A DNA stretch of 64,000 nucleotides from an uncultured Christensenellaceae bacterium (GTDB lineage Bacteria; Bacillota; Clostridia; Christensenellales; CAG-314): positions 205,773-269,772 of the forward strand of contig CAJUIV010000001.1 of the NCBI GenBank assembly GCA_910586905.1. The letters run 5' to 3'. Below the pieces are notes generated by a model. It saw only the letters and a list, made by a program, of their open reading frames with translations, did not search any database and had not been told where the DNA came from. Position numbers and translations under genes: made by a program. Below, one piece after another: positions 39,495 through 50,500 of this stretch; the first letter of the stretch is position 1, and the number at the start of each line of letters is the position of its first letter.

Positions 39495-42023
39495 ATGAAA
39501 AAATTTAGCAGAATTGCGATTTTTGTTTTAGCGGTTATGATGGTCGTTTTGGCGAGCGGACTGATGAGCTGCAAAAAACAGATTATCGACAACGAAAATA
39601 CTCGTTTGGTTCTTGCCATAGGCGAATTGGACGGAGTATTCAATCCGTTTTACAGCTCGTCCGCAACCGACGGTGAAATCGTAGGAATGACGCAGCTTTC
39701 TATGTTTACCACCGATATAAACGGCAAAGTGGCGTTCGGCGAAGACGAAGCGTGCGCGGTGTTGGATTACGAGTCCGTTCCCCAAGGTTCGGGCGACGAC
39801 CAAACTACGACTTACAGATTCGTTCTTAAAAACAATCTTAAGTTCAGCGACGGCAAACCTCTTACGATGAGAGACGTTTTGTTTAACATTTACGTCTATC
39901 TCGACCCCGTTTATACAGGCAGTTCCACAATGTATTCTACGGAAATTGTAGGACTTGCGGAATACCGTACTCAATCTAGAAATCCCAACGAACAGGATTC
40001 GTTTGAAAACGACTACGAAACGTTGGCTTGGGAAAGACTGGAAAGACTTGCCGAAGAATTACAAAACGTGTACGATAACAACAGCGGCAAAGTTTTGACG
40101 GACGCAGAAGTTAAAGCCGGCTTGCAGGAAACGATAGATTTGTTTAAAGGATTGGCGGAAGCGGAGACCAATCCCGAACAAAAGAAGGAACTGTTAAAAT
40201 ACGGTACTTTGATTGAAGACTACGAATCTACCAAAAAGACGTTTTTGAACGAATTGAAAAGAGATTATCAGCTTGCCAAAGGCACCGCCGAAGATATCAA
40301 CTTCCTTGACGGTAAAGCAAAACTTACAACCGATACCGAAGCGTTTTTATATAACGAGGGATTTATCACTTGGAATAAGAAAGACGAAGTATTCGAATAC
40401 GCTTTCGGAGAAAAAAGTAAAGACTGGACCGAAGAACAAGCTATAAACGCCGTTTACGAAAGCTACGTTCCTAACGACGTTCCGAGCGTGGTTTTTGGTT
40501 CTCAAACTACAAACGAATTGCTAGACGCGTTCACTGCGGCGGAAAAGAAAGCGTATTTCGATAGTCTCGGAGAACAGGATAAAATCACCAACGTAAGCGG
40601 TATAACGTTTGCAAACCGTACCGAATCGGTAACTGTAAACAACAAAAATTATGCTGCGCCTACTTATAACGCCGACGGAAGCGTTGCAACGGGAAACGAA
40701 GTTTTACAAATCGTCATCAAAAAAGTAGACCCGAAAGCTATTTGGAATTTCGCGTTTGCTATCGCTCCTATGCATTACTATTCTAACGCAACGGAAATGG
40801 AAAAATTCGATTATGTCGACCATTTCGGAGTATCTTTCGGCGACCCCGATTTTATGAATAACTCTATAAAAAACACCGATAAAATCGGTGTTCCGGTAGG
40901 AGCGGGTCCTTACAAAGCTACCACGAGAACGGGTGGCGGAACTGTAAACGCGGGTTCGTTTAAAGAAAATAACGTCGTGTATTTTGAGCGAAACGAAAAC
41001 TTTTTGTTCCCTGCAAAAATAAAATACGTCAACTATCAGGTAGTAGATACTAAAATGATGCTCGACAGCTTATTCGCAGGAGATATACATTTTGTCGAAC
41101 CCGCTTGCAGACAGGAAAACATAGATATAATAAACGCGAATAAGGGTAAAGGTTTCGACCGTTCGTACGTTATGACCAACGGTTACGGTTATATCGGCAT
41201 CAACGCCGAAAAAGTACCCAGTCTTGCAGTACGTCAAGCAATAATGCACGCTATCAACACCAAACTTTGCACCGACTATTACGCCGGATACTCTTACAAT
41301 ATCTATAGACCTATGACGCGCGCCTCTTGGGCGTATCCTAAGGAAACCGACGAACTCGGACAATACTACAAGTATGACGACACGGGCACAACAAGCGAAA
41401 ATTTGGTAAAAGCTGCCGGTTACGTTAAAAACAGCGACGGTATTTACCAAAAAGGCGACGACGTTTTGTCGTATATCTTTACCGTTGCGGGCGATTCTAA
41501 CGACCACCCCGCGTACAGCGCTCTTCAAAACGCTATGATTATTTTGAACGCTCACGGATTCGATATCCGCGTACAAAAAGATATCAACGCTTTAAAGAAA
41601 CTCAACAGCGGCGATTTGACCGTATGGGCTGCCGCTTGGGGCAGCGGCGTAGACCCCGATATGTATCAAGTTTATCACATTGATTCTCTTGCCGGTTCTA
41701 CTTCCAACTGGGGTTACCGCGCAATCCGCAGAAACGCCAACCACAAGTATGATACCGAACTCGGAATCGTAGAAAATCTGTCGAAGTCTATCGACCTTGC
41801 AAGACAAACTCTCGACGAAGACGCAAGAAAAGCCGAGTACGCAACGGCGTTGAATTTGGTAATGAGTCTTGCGGTTGAACTTCCTACGTATCAAAGAAGC
41901 GACTTGTACGCTTATAACACTAAAATAATCGACGTAACGACCCTTACTCCCGAAAACGAACTTACTCCGTTTAACGGACCTATCGGAAAACTTTGGGAAT
42001 TGAGCCTTAAGGAAAACGTATAG
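39495..42023 (+). CDS. ABC transporter substrate-binding lipoprotein, family 5 (OppA/DppA-like), enlarged
   Basis: 842 aa with the lipobox GLMSC. Family-5 SBP segments include YRFVLKNNLKFSDGKPLTMRDVLFNIY, NVVYFERNENF and GDLTVWAAAWGSGVDPD. AAGGAG lies upstream. Confidence 0.85.
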   Translation: MKKFSRIAIFVLAVMMVVLASGLMSCKKQIIDNENTRLVLAIGELDGVFNPFYSSSATDGEIVGMTQLSMFTTDINGKVAFGEDEACAVLDYESVPQGSGDDQTTTYRFVLKNNLKFSDGKPLTMRDVLFNIYVYLDPVYTGSSTMYSTEIVGLAEYRTQSRNPNEQDSFENDYETLAWERLERLAEELQNVYDNNSGKVLTDAEVKAGLQETIDLFKGLAEAETNPEQKKELLKYGTLIEDYESTKKTFLNELKRDYQLAKGTAEDINFLDGKAKLTTDTEAFLYNEGFITWNKKDEVFEYAFGEKSKDWTEEQAINAVYESYVPNDVPSVVFGSQTTNELLDAFTAAEKKAYFDSLGEQDKITNVSGITFANRTESVTVNNKNYAAPTYNADGSVATGNEVLQIVIKKVDPKAIWNFAFAIAPMHYYSNATEMEKFDYVDHFGVSFGDPDFMNNSIKNTDKIGVPVGAGPYKATTRTGGGTVNAGSFKENNVVYFERNENFLFPAKIKYVNYQVVDTKMMLDSLFAGDIHFVEPACRQENIDIINANKGKGFDRSYVMTNGYGYIGINAEKVPSLAVRQAIMHAINTKLCTDYYAGYSYNIYRPMTRASWAYPKETDELGQYYKYDDTGTTSENLVKAAGYVKNSDGIYQKGDDVLSYIFTVAGDSNDHPAYSALQNAMIILNAHGFDIRVQKDINALKKLNSGDLTVWAAAWGSGVDPDMYQVYHIDSLAGSTSNWGYRAIRRNANHKYDTELGIVENLSKSIDLARQTLDEDARKAEYATALNLVMSLAVELPTYQRSDLYAYNTKIIDVTTLTPENELTPFNGPIGKLWELSLKENV

Positions 42024-42042
42024 ATTTTTTAAAGGAAAAACA

Positions 42043-43377
42043 ATGGTAAAATATATTGTAAAAAGAATATTGCTGTCGATATTGATTTTGTTGGGCGTAT
42101 CTCTTATAATCTACGTTTTGGTGCGTTTGATGCCGGCGGACTTTTTGGAAACCAAGTACGCCGAGCAGCTTAAAATGAAAACCATTACGCAGGAACAAAT
42201 CGACCAAATGAAAAAAGACGCGGGCGTTTGGATGCCCGACGCGTTTTTGACGATTGAGTTGGGCGACGGCGGCGAACATGCGGGCGAAAAACTTACCAAA
42301 GACACAAAGTCCGCAAACTACGATCGCGTTCAAAACGGTTTGATGAATTTCAGCGAATTGTGTTTCGGTAACTACTATAACGAAAAACGCACCGTACGTT
42401 TGGAAATCAAAGAAAATAAAGAAGCGATATTATACGAAATCAACGAAGAAGGAGTCGCCGAATCTATAGCGAGCGGCAACGCCGTATTCGACGAAGATGT
42501 GTACGACGCAGTCGTTTTGAAGCTTGACGGCGCGGACGTAAACTCTATTGTGGATTACAGAGTTGCGACCGGCGGTGAAAAGGCCGGAGCGGTATTCGTG
42601 TACTACTTTAAATGGCTTGGCAATATGTTTCAAGGTAATTTGGGCGAATCGTTTATTCATCATAAGCCCGTTGCCCAAGTTATTTCGGAACATATGTGGG
42701 TATCGTTTATCATTTCTCTTATAGCTACGGTACTGCAGCTTATAATCGCGATACCTATGGGTATAACGAGCGCAACTCATCAGTATTCGGTGCGCGATTA
42801 TACTGTTACCGTTATAACGATGATAGGTATTTCGTTGCCATCTTTCTTCTTTGCGGCGATATTGGTTAAAATCTTTTCCAGTTGGTTAGGATGGTTCCCC
42901 GCCTCGGGACTTGTAAGCGGAGGCTCCAACGCCGGCGGATTTATGGGATTTTTGGATATGGCTTGGCACTTGGTATTACCTATGACCGTGCTTGTGGTTT
43001 TGTCCATTGGCGGACTTATGCGTTACACGCGCACGAATATGCTGGAAGTTTTGAACAGCGACTATATCCGTACCGCGCGCGCAAAGGGTTTGTCCGAAAA
43101 GAAAGTAATTTACGTTCACGCTTTCCGCAACACTATGATTCCTCTTATGACTCTTGTTGCGGGTATTCTGCCTTCGCTGTTCGGCGGAGCGATGATAACG
43201 GAAGAAGTATTTAGTATAGACGGTATAGGAAGACTTGCTTATAAAGCTTTAAGTCAAGGCGATTTACCTTTTATAATGGGTTATAATATGTTTTTGGCGG
43301 TGCTTACCGTCATAGGTACATTGCTGTCTGATATTATGTACGCGGTTGTAGACCCGCGGGTAAAAATTACTAAATAA
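42043..43377 (+). CDS. ABC peptide-type transporter permease (OppB/DppB-like) with a long extracytoplasmic insert
   Basis: 444 aa. The N-terminal TM is MVKYIVKRILLSILILLGVSLIIYVLVRLMP. The conserved permease loop is YIRTARAKGLSEKKVIYVHAFRNTMIPLMT. About 180 aa lie between TM1 and TM2. Confidence 0.9.
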   Translation: MVKYIVKRILLSILILLGVSLIIYVLVRLMPADFLETKYAEQLKMKTITQEQIDQMKKDAGVWMPDAFLTIELGDGGEHAGEKLTKDTKSANYDRVQNGLMNFSELCFGNYYNEKRTVRLEIKENKEAILYEINEEGVAESIASGNAVFDEDVYDAVVLKLDGADVNSIVDYRVATGGEKAGAVFVYYFKWLGNMFQGNLGESFIHHKPVAQVISEHMWVSFIISLIATVLQLIIAIPMGITSATHQYSVRDYTVTVITMIGISLPSFFFAAILVKIFSSWLGWFPASGLVSGGSNAGGFMGFLDMAWHLVLPMTVLVVLSIGGLMRYTRTNMLEVLNSDYIRTARAKGLSEKKVIYVHAFRNTMIPLMTLVAGILPSLFGGAMITEEVFSIDGIGRLAYKALSQGDLPFIMGYNMFLAVLTVIGTLLSDIMYAVVDPRVKITK

Positions 43378-43387
43378 CGGTGATATT

Positions 43388-44764
43388 ATGGCAAAAAAAG
43401 ATATAGAAAAACTTAATAATATTACCGACGAATACAGCGAACTTATAACTCCGTCCGACAAACCGAAAAGCGTGGAAGAAATGATTTCCGCTTTGGAAAA
43501 ATCCGCTGACGCTTTGGAAAAACAATCTAAGAAGCTGGAAACGGCAAGCGAAACCGTCAAAAAACAAACCTCGGTAAAAAGAGAAAGAAAAAATCCTCTT
43601 GCCGATTTGGATATGTCTCTCTTCGATAAAGACGCGGTCGTTTCCGATAATTCTTTGCCGGAAAGCGGAATGTCTTTCAGTGAAGAAGTTTTGGCGGCTG
43701 CCGAGAATAACGCTTCGTCGTCTGCCGAAAGCACCGCTACGGCAGTGGCGGATACGACCGAACCCGACCAGCAAGTTCACTACAAGGAAATGACACCGGG
43801 GCAGATGGTAGCGCGCAGATTTTTCCGCTCGCGCCTGTCTCTTGTAGGATTGATAATGATAGTTGCTTTGTTTTTCTTCGCTTTTGCAGGTCCTCCGATT
43901 TTAAAAATTTTCGGATATAACTGGGGTGAAATAGAACCGGATAATTCCGGGGCGGTAAAACGTTCGGGCGACTGGATTGAAGCGGAAGTAAACGGAGAAA
44001 AAGTTTCGGCGTATCAGTTCGTTTATCATAACGTAGAAATCAATTCGTTCGCCGGCGTATCGTCCAAGCACTTTCTCGGTACGGACGACAAAGGTATGGA
44101 CGTTTTCGTACGTTTGATGTACGGCGGACGCGTATCTCTTACGCTCGGATTCGTAGTCGTTATTTTGGAAACGCTCATAGGCATTATTTTGGGCGGTATA
44201 TCCGGATATTTCGGCGGATGGGTAGACCAAATTATAATGCGTATTGTAGATATCCTTAACTGCGTGCCTACATTGCCGTTGCTGCTTATTGCTTCGATGG
44301 TTATCGAATCTTGGCAAATAGACCCTCAGATGCAGATTTATTATCTTATGATGATAATGACTCTGTTCGGTTGGGCGGGAACTGCGCGCATGGTTCGCGG
44401 ACAGATATTGTATTTAAGAGAACAAGAGTACATAGTCGCCTGCGAAGTGATGGGAATTCCCGTTTGGCGCAGAATATTAAAACATCTTATTCCCAACATT
44501 ATGCCGCAGCTGATAGTTTCTATGACTCTCGGTCTCGGCAGCATCATTTTGTACGAATCTACTTTAAGCTATCTCGGATTAGGCATACCGATGCCGTATG
44601 CGGCGTGGGGAACGATGATTTCGGCATCTACCGACCCCGTAACTATGGCGTTTTATCCCAATTTGTGGATACCCGCAGGTTTGCTTATCGTAATTGCCGT
44701 TTTGGGTTTCAACTTTGTCGGCGACGGGTTGCGCGACGCAATGGACCCCAAAGCAAAGAGGTAA
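43388..44764 (+). CDS. ABC peptide-type transporter permease (OppC/DppC-like) with an N-terminal extension
   Basis: 458 aa. The conserved loop is YIVACEVMGIPVWRRILKHLIPNIMPQLIV. The first ~145 aa are charged and low-complexity, with no TM helix. Confidence 0.9.
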   Translation: MAKKDIEKLNNITDEYSELITPSDKPKSVEEMISALEKSADALEKQSKKLETASETVKKQTSVKRERKNPLADLDMSLFDKDAVVSDNSLPESGMSFSEEVLAAAENNASSSAESTATAVADTTEPDQQVHYKEMTPGQMVARRFFRSRLSLVGLIMIVALFFFAFAGPPILKIFGYNWGEIEPDNSGAVKRSGDWIEAEVNGEKVSAYQFVYHNVEINSFAGVSSKHFLGTDDKGMDVFVRLMYGGRVSLTLGFVVVILETLIGIILGGISGYFGGWVDQIIMRIVDILNCVPTLPLLLIASMVIESWQIDPQMQIYYLMMIMTLFGWAGTARMVRGQILYLREQEYIVACEVMGIPVWRRILKHLIPNIMPQLIVSMTLGLGSIILYESTLSYLGLGIPMPYAAWGTMISASTDPVTMAFYPNLWIPAGLLIVIAVLGFNFVGDGLRDAMDPKAKR

Positions 44765-44768
44765 TACC

Positions 44769-46100
44769 GTGAAAAAAGTAAAAGAAAAAAATCCCAATAC
44801 GCTCACTTTAAAGGAAAGCCGCGCGATAATAAAAAGCAATTTAAAGGAGATGAAACGTTTGGAAAAAGCCAAGCGCGTCAAAGTTTCCTCCGATAGCTTT
44901 ACTACGCAAATGCACAATCCCGATAACGTGTTGGAAGTCGAAAATTTGCAGACGTATTTTTATACCGACAACGGCGTTGTAAAATCGGTAAACGGAATAT
45001 CTTTCGACGTACCAAAAAATTCCATAGTAGGTTTAGTCGGCGAAAGCGGCTGCGGCAAATCCGTTACGAGTTTATCGATAATGCAGCTGGTTCAAGCTCC
45101 TCAAGGACAGGTTGTGGGCGGCTCGATTCGTTTCGATACGCAGGACTTCGTTTTGGACGAACGCGGCAAAAAAATTCCCGTGTACGAAAAAAACGTTAAC
45201 GGCGAAATCGTATATCGTGAAAAAACCGATAAAAAGGGCGAAAAGATTTTGGATAAAAACGGCTCGCCAGTTACCGAACCAGTGCAAGCGACTACCGAAG
45301 ACGGAGTTCCTTTATTCGAAACGGAAGACAGAGTTTACGATATAGTTAAAATGCCCACGCACGATATGTGCCGTATTCGCGGAAAAGATATATCTATGAT
45401 TTTCCAAGAACCGATGACGAGTCTCAATCCGGTATTTACGGTCGGATATCAAATAGAGGAAGTCGTTTATTTGATAAATCCGTTGGCGACGAAAGAGCAA
45501 GCTCGAAAAAAAGCAGTAGAAATGCTGACGTTGGTAGGTATACCGATGCCGGAAACCATTATAAACTACTATCCTCACCAACTTTCCGGCGGTATGCGCC
45601 AACGCGTTATGATTGCCATCGCGCTTGTAGGAAACCCCAAACTGATAATTGCGGACGAACCTACTACGGCGTTGGACGTTACAATTCAAAGTCAAATTTT
45701 ACAGCTTATAAAAAAGGTTCAAAAACAGTGCGAAGCCTCGGTGGTTTTGATTACTCACGATTTGGGCGTCGTTGCGGAAACGGCGGATTACGTAGTGGTT
45801 ATGTATGCCGGTAAAATTGTGGAAAAGGGAACCGTATTTGAAATTTTCGACAATCCTCTGCATCCGTATACGAAAGGTATACAAAAAGCTAAACCCACTT
45901 TTGAAACAGGCGCGGATGCCGAATTGTACAGTATCCCCGGGGTTGTACCCAATCCTATAAATATGCCGAACGAGTGTTTGTTTAAAGACCGTTGCGGCGA
46001 GCGCTGCGGTCAATGCGAGGGAGAGTATCCCGAAGAAATAAAAATTACGGATACGCACAGCGTTTTCTGTCATTTATATAAAAATAAGAGTAAAAAATGA
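44769..46100 (+). CDS. ABC peptide-type transporter ATP-binding protein (OppD-like) with an internal insertion
   Basis: The start is moved to GTG 44769, with AAAGAGG 7 nt upstream. Walker A is GESGCGKS, the signature is LSGGMRQR, and Walker B is [12 protein letters not shown]. It has a Cys-rich Opp-type C-terminal tail. A ~60-aa insert lies between the Walker A region and MIFQEP. Confidence 0.9.
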   Translation: MKKVKEKNPNTLTLKESRAIIKSNLKEMKRLEKAKRVKVSSDSFTTQMHNPDNVLEVENLQTYFYTDNGVVKSVNGISFDVPKNSIVGLVGESGCGKSVTSLSIMQLVQAPQGQVVGGSIRFDTQDFVLDERGKKIPVYEKNVNGEIVYREKTDKKGEKILDKNGSPVTEPVQATTEDGVPLFETEDRVYDIVKMPTHDMCRIRGKDISMIFQEPMTSLNPVFTVGYQIEEVVYLINPLATKEQARKKAVEMLTLVGIPMPETIINYYPHQLSGGMRQRVMIAIALVGNPKLIIADEPTTALDVTIQSQILQLIKKVQKQCEASVVLITHDLGVVAETADYVVVMYAGKIVEKGTVFEIFDNPLHPYTKGIQKAKPTFETGADAELYSIPGVVPNPINMPNECLFKDRCGERCGQCEGEYPEEIKITDTHSVFCHLYKNKSKK

Positions 46101-47221
46101 GTAAAAAAACATCGAAACAAAATATCCCGACTGAATCCGTTGCCGAAGAAACGTCTGTGGCTCCCGAGCAGGAAGCCGTTACGACGGAAGCGCCCTTGAC
46201 GAATTTGTCCGAATTGGATTTCGACCCGAATAAGGATTACATTTTGCGCGTACGCGATTTAAAACAGTATTTTCCCGTGGCTAAAAATCTTGCGGGTAAG
46301 GTTACGTCTTGGCTGCGCGCGGTCGACGGGGTTTCTTTTAACCTCGAACGGGGAAAAACAATCGGTATAGTTGGCGAAAGCGGCTGCGGAAAAACCACTC
46401 TCGGACGAACGATTTTGAGATTGTACGATATTACCGAAGGTTCGGCGGTTTACGTTGACGAACAAGGAAAAGAGTTTGAACTTGCGGCTTTAAAAAAGAA
46501 AGATATACAGTCTCTGCGCACCGAATTGCAGCTTGTTTTTCAGGACCCGTATTCCTCTCTGCCGCCAAGAATGACTGTAGGAGAAATAATCGGCGAAGCG
46601 GTAAAAGTTCACAAAATCGTACCAAAAGAAGAAGTACACGAATACGTTTTAAACGTTATGCAGCGCTGCGGTTTACAGCGTCATTACTACGACAGATATC
46701 CTCACGAATTTTCCGGCGGGCAGCGTCAGCGTATTTGTATAGCGCGCGCATTGGCAGTTAAACCGAAATTGGTTGTTTGCGACGAACCGGTATCCGCGTT
46801 GGATGTATCTATACAGGCTCAGGTTATAAATTTGCTTAAAAAACTGCAACGCGAAGAAGGCATTTCGTATATGTTTATTTCTCACGATTTGTCAGTTGTA
46901 AAGTACATAAGCGATACTATTGCCGTTATGTATTTGGGAAATATCGTGGAAACGGGTACCACTCAAGATATTTGTTCGAACGCATTACATCCGTATACTC
47001 AGGCTTTGTTTTCGGCAGTGCCTGTTGCAAACCCTCACAAAAAGGCGGTTCCCGAATCGCTAGACGGCGAATTGCCCAGTCCGGCAAATCCCCCGAAAGG
47101 GTGCAAATTCCATACTCGATGCAAATACTGTATGGATAAGTGCGGCGAAGAACTTCCGGCTATGAAAGAAGTATCTAAAGGCCACTTTGTGGCTTGCCAC
47201 TTGTTTGACGATGAAAAATAA
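46097..47221 (+). CDS. ABC peptide-type transporter ATP-binding protein (OppF-like)
   Basis: 374 aa with an ATGA overlap with the preceding gene. Walker A is GESGCGKTT, the signature is FSGGQRQR, and Walker B is LVVCDEPVSALD. The C-terminal Cys motif is GCKFHTRCKYCMDKC. Confidence 0.9.
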   Translation: MSKKTSKQNIPTESVAEETSVAPEQEAVTTEAPLTNLSELDFDPNKDYILRVRDLKQYFPVAKNLAGKVTSWLRAVDGVSFNLERGKTIGIVGESGCGKTTLGRTILRLYDITEGSAVYVDEQGKEFELAALKKKDIQSLRTELQLVFQDPYSSLPPRMTVGEIIGEAVKVHKIVPKEEVHEYVLNVMQRCGLQRHYYDRYPHEFSGGQRQRICIARALAVKPKLVVCDEPVSALDVSIQAQVINLLKKLQREEGISYMFISHDLSVVKYISDTIAVMYLGNIVETGTTQDICSNALHPYTQALFSAVPVANPHKKAVPESLDGELPSPANPPKGCKFHTRCKYCMDKCGEELPAMKEVSKGHFVACHLFDDEK

Positions 47222-47474
47222 GAAACAAAACAAACCGAAAACCGTCTATAAGGAAGATACGGGCGAAACGATATATTCGATGGCGGGTCTGGAAGGAAAA
47301 ACTCCCGAAGAGCTAGACCGTCTTGCGGAAGAAAAGAAAAAACGCGTTGCCGTAACCCGTAAAGAACGCCGCGCTATGATACGGGCGGCTTTCGAAGTGT
47401 ACGGTCCCAAATTTCTTATTATCATAATGTCGTTTTCGCTTGTGGCGGTTTTGCTGTATTTGTGGTTGAGTTGA
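47211..47474 (+). CDS. small tail-anchored membrane protein, unknown function
   Basis: 87 aa from ATG 47211, overlapping the OppF stop by 11 nt. The N-terminal 60 aa are Lys/Glu-rich. A single C-terminal helix FLIIIMSFSLVAVLLYLWL follows. Confidence 0.5.
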   Translation: MKNKKQNKPKTVYKEDTGETIYSMAGLEGKTPEELDRLAEEKKKRVAVTRKERRAMIRAAFEVYGPKFLIIIMSFSLVAVLLYLWLS

Positions 47475-47548
47475 GTTCATTACAAAGCGCGTTCCAGCTT
47501 TAGCTTATAACGCGTTAATAGTTGAGATTTATGTAAGAAGGAGAAAAA

Positions 47549-50500
47549 ATGAAGAAGAGGTTTATACTCGTTTTGGCGCTTGTCGCGTTGGTGTCGCTGC
47601 TTTTTGCAGCTTGTGAAAAAATCGACGAAGTCGCTATAAGCGTGCCAGAAACGGTCGAACTGCAAGTCGGAAAAAAAGTCGATTGGAAAGACTACGTAAC
47701 CGTTAAAATCAACGGCGAAAAAGTCGAAAATCCCGAAATAACTTGGAAATTGACGAGCGGCAACGAAAACGCCGGAGGGATATGCAGATACACGATTGAG
47801 TTCGTACATCATGGACAAACGTATTCTCGCGACGGCGTGGTAAGATATACCGACGTGTCGATTGTAGTGGCGGAGCAGACTTTAAAAGTCGGAAGTCCGG
47901 TGGATTTCGCGGGTAAAGTAACCGTTAAAATCAACGGCGAAACTCGTAATCCCGTTATATCGAGCGTTTTAAAGAGCGGAAATCCCAACGAAGTCGGAGA
48001 TTGCGTTTATACGATTTCCTTTACGGAAAACGGACAGACTTATACCGCCGAAGGCGTGGTTCACTTCAGAAAAGCCGTTGTCAACGTTGTAGTGTTAAGT
48101 CAAAACGTTGAGTACGGCGACGACGAAACGGACGTGGAATATATTTCTTCGAAAGTTCAGCTCGCTATAACGGTCGAGGGGGAAACCGTCGATTCCGAAA
48201 TTACGTGGAAATTAGGCGATAATCAGGTTTCTGAACCCGACGTAAATTGCAAATACATAATTTCTTTCGAACATAATGGAGAAAAATACGAAGCCGAAGT
48301 TTCGGTTTTGTTTCAATCTCCCGACGTTAGATTCGACGTTGAAATTCAACACTTAAACGTAGGCGACGACTTGGACTGGAACGGACACGTTAAAGTCAGC
48401 GTTAACGGACAGGAAATCGAAAATCCCGAAATAACTTGGGTTAAAATTCGCGGAGACGAAAATCAAAACGGTTCTTGCGTTTACCTTATTTCTTACGAGT
48501 ATAAAGGGGAAACTTATACGTGCGAAGGTACGGTGCGTTTCGCCGAACCGCAGGTTACAATCAACGCAATCGACCAATATCTGCTGGTAGGCGGAACTAT
48601 TGAATGGAACGAATACGTTACGGTACGTATAGACGGGGTAGTTCAAAAGAATCCTCAACTGCAAGTTACTCTTAAAAGCGGAACCGAAAACGCCGTCGGC
48701 ACTTGCGTTTACACGTTAACGTTTACCTACAGAGATAAGCCTTATTCAACCGAAGCGAAAGTTGTTTTCGTCGACAGCGGTATGGACCCCGGCGACGTAG
48801 ACGCTCTCGACGCGATTCTTGCCAAAGGCGTGGACGATTATACCGGCTATACAATGAGATATCATTTTTACGAAGTCGGTAAAGAACAATATTATATAAG
48901 CGAAACGGATAAAGTTACGTTGGGTGCGATTTCTAATTACTATATCGATTATACCGACGTTAACTTTAACGATAACGTACAGCAGGTCGTAACGAACGAA
49001 ATGAAATATTATCTTTCCGTAAACGGCGCGGCCAACGAGCTTTGTTATTATCGCGATATGGGTAAGGAAACTCCCGAGTGGAAATACACCAAGTTTACGA
49101 TTCCTAACGACGAAGCAAGTTACACCAGATTGCTGCCTATGGCGTTTTTGTTCGGCGACCTTGAAAGCGGCATCACAAAAGCCTATTTTATCAAACTGGA
49201 TACCAACGTTTACGAAGTAAAAGAAGCGTTGCTCGGCGAAGTAGCTGAAAAGCTGTTCGGATACGATGAGGAATCGGATACCTACACCAGAATTTTGCTG
49301 GAAACGGACGGCTATAACATTACAAAAATTACCGGTTACTATACGACCGATTACGATACGGCTGATTCTCAAGGCAACGCGGTTACCGTTAGCGTCGATT
49401 CCGTAGTGGAATTGTCGTGGAGCGATTTTAACGATACCGCCGTCGAAATTCCCGAAGCTACCGAATACGTACCTCCGAGAGAAGATTTGCCCGAATACGT
49501 CAATCCCGAAAACGGCGCGGATTTGACTTCTGAACAGCAAAACTCTCTTACGGAAGCGCTGAACAAAGTATATCAAAGCATAACGTCCGGTTATACCAAC
49601 GATAAAGGCGAAATGTACTACTTTTACAGCGGATTGCTTAAGCTTACCGGAAATTTAAGCTATACCGAAGAACGCGAACTCGCCCGTTATAAAGATTGGA
49701 TAATTAGCGATATAACGACTTCTTACTATTGTTTGAAACAAACCGATACTACGTGCGACGTATGGATGATGATAAGCGATAAAGGCGATTTTATCAAATA
49801 TCCGGGTTATGAAGCGACTCTAACGGATTTTGCAACGTATTTCGCTATAACGGAGTTCGGTTTTACCGCCGATATGTTCGGTTTTGCTGACGGAAAATAC
49901 GTCGTTAAACCCGATAAACTAGACGCTGTTAAAGAGAAAATATCTCAAGTTATACCGCTTTCGAACTTTACCAATTTCGAATTGTTAACGTTTACATTAA
50001 AGCTCGATTCGAGCAATAACGTTACAGAGTGGTATATGCTTGCCGATTGTACGACCGTCGACAAAGACGTGTTCTATTGGCAGCTTACGTTTAACTATTC
50101 CGATTTCGACGTAACGGAAATCAATTTGCCCGACGAAATCGTAGGCGATTTAACCGATTTGGACGAAGCTCGTAAAGAGCAAGTTACGGAAGCGTTTAAC
50201 GCGGACTATTCCAACGCAACGGTTACCGACTGCGTAAACGGTTCGGTGATGTACTACGTCGGAGATAAAATAACCGTTAAAGGAAGTGTTTTAAACGACG
50301 CGGGTTATATCGAAAAATTCACCGACGAATACGTTATAAAAGACGGTAATTATTTCGAAATTCTCGGCGGCAACGAAACCGCTATAACTAAAGCTAAATT
50401 CGAAGAATTTGTCGTTTGTTTTAATTTCGGCATTATTGACGTAACCAAAGTTAAGTACGATGCGGTTCGCGATACCTATTATATCGCGGCAGGCGATACC

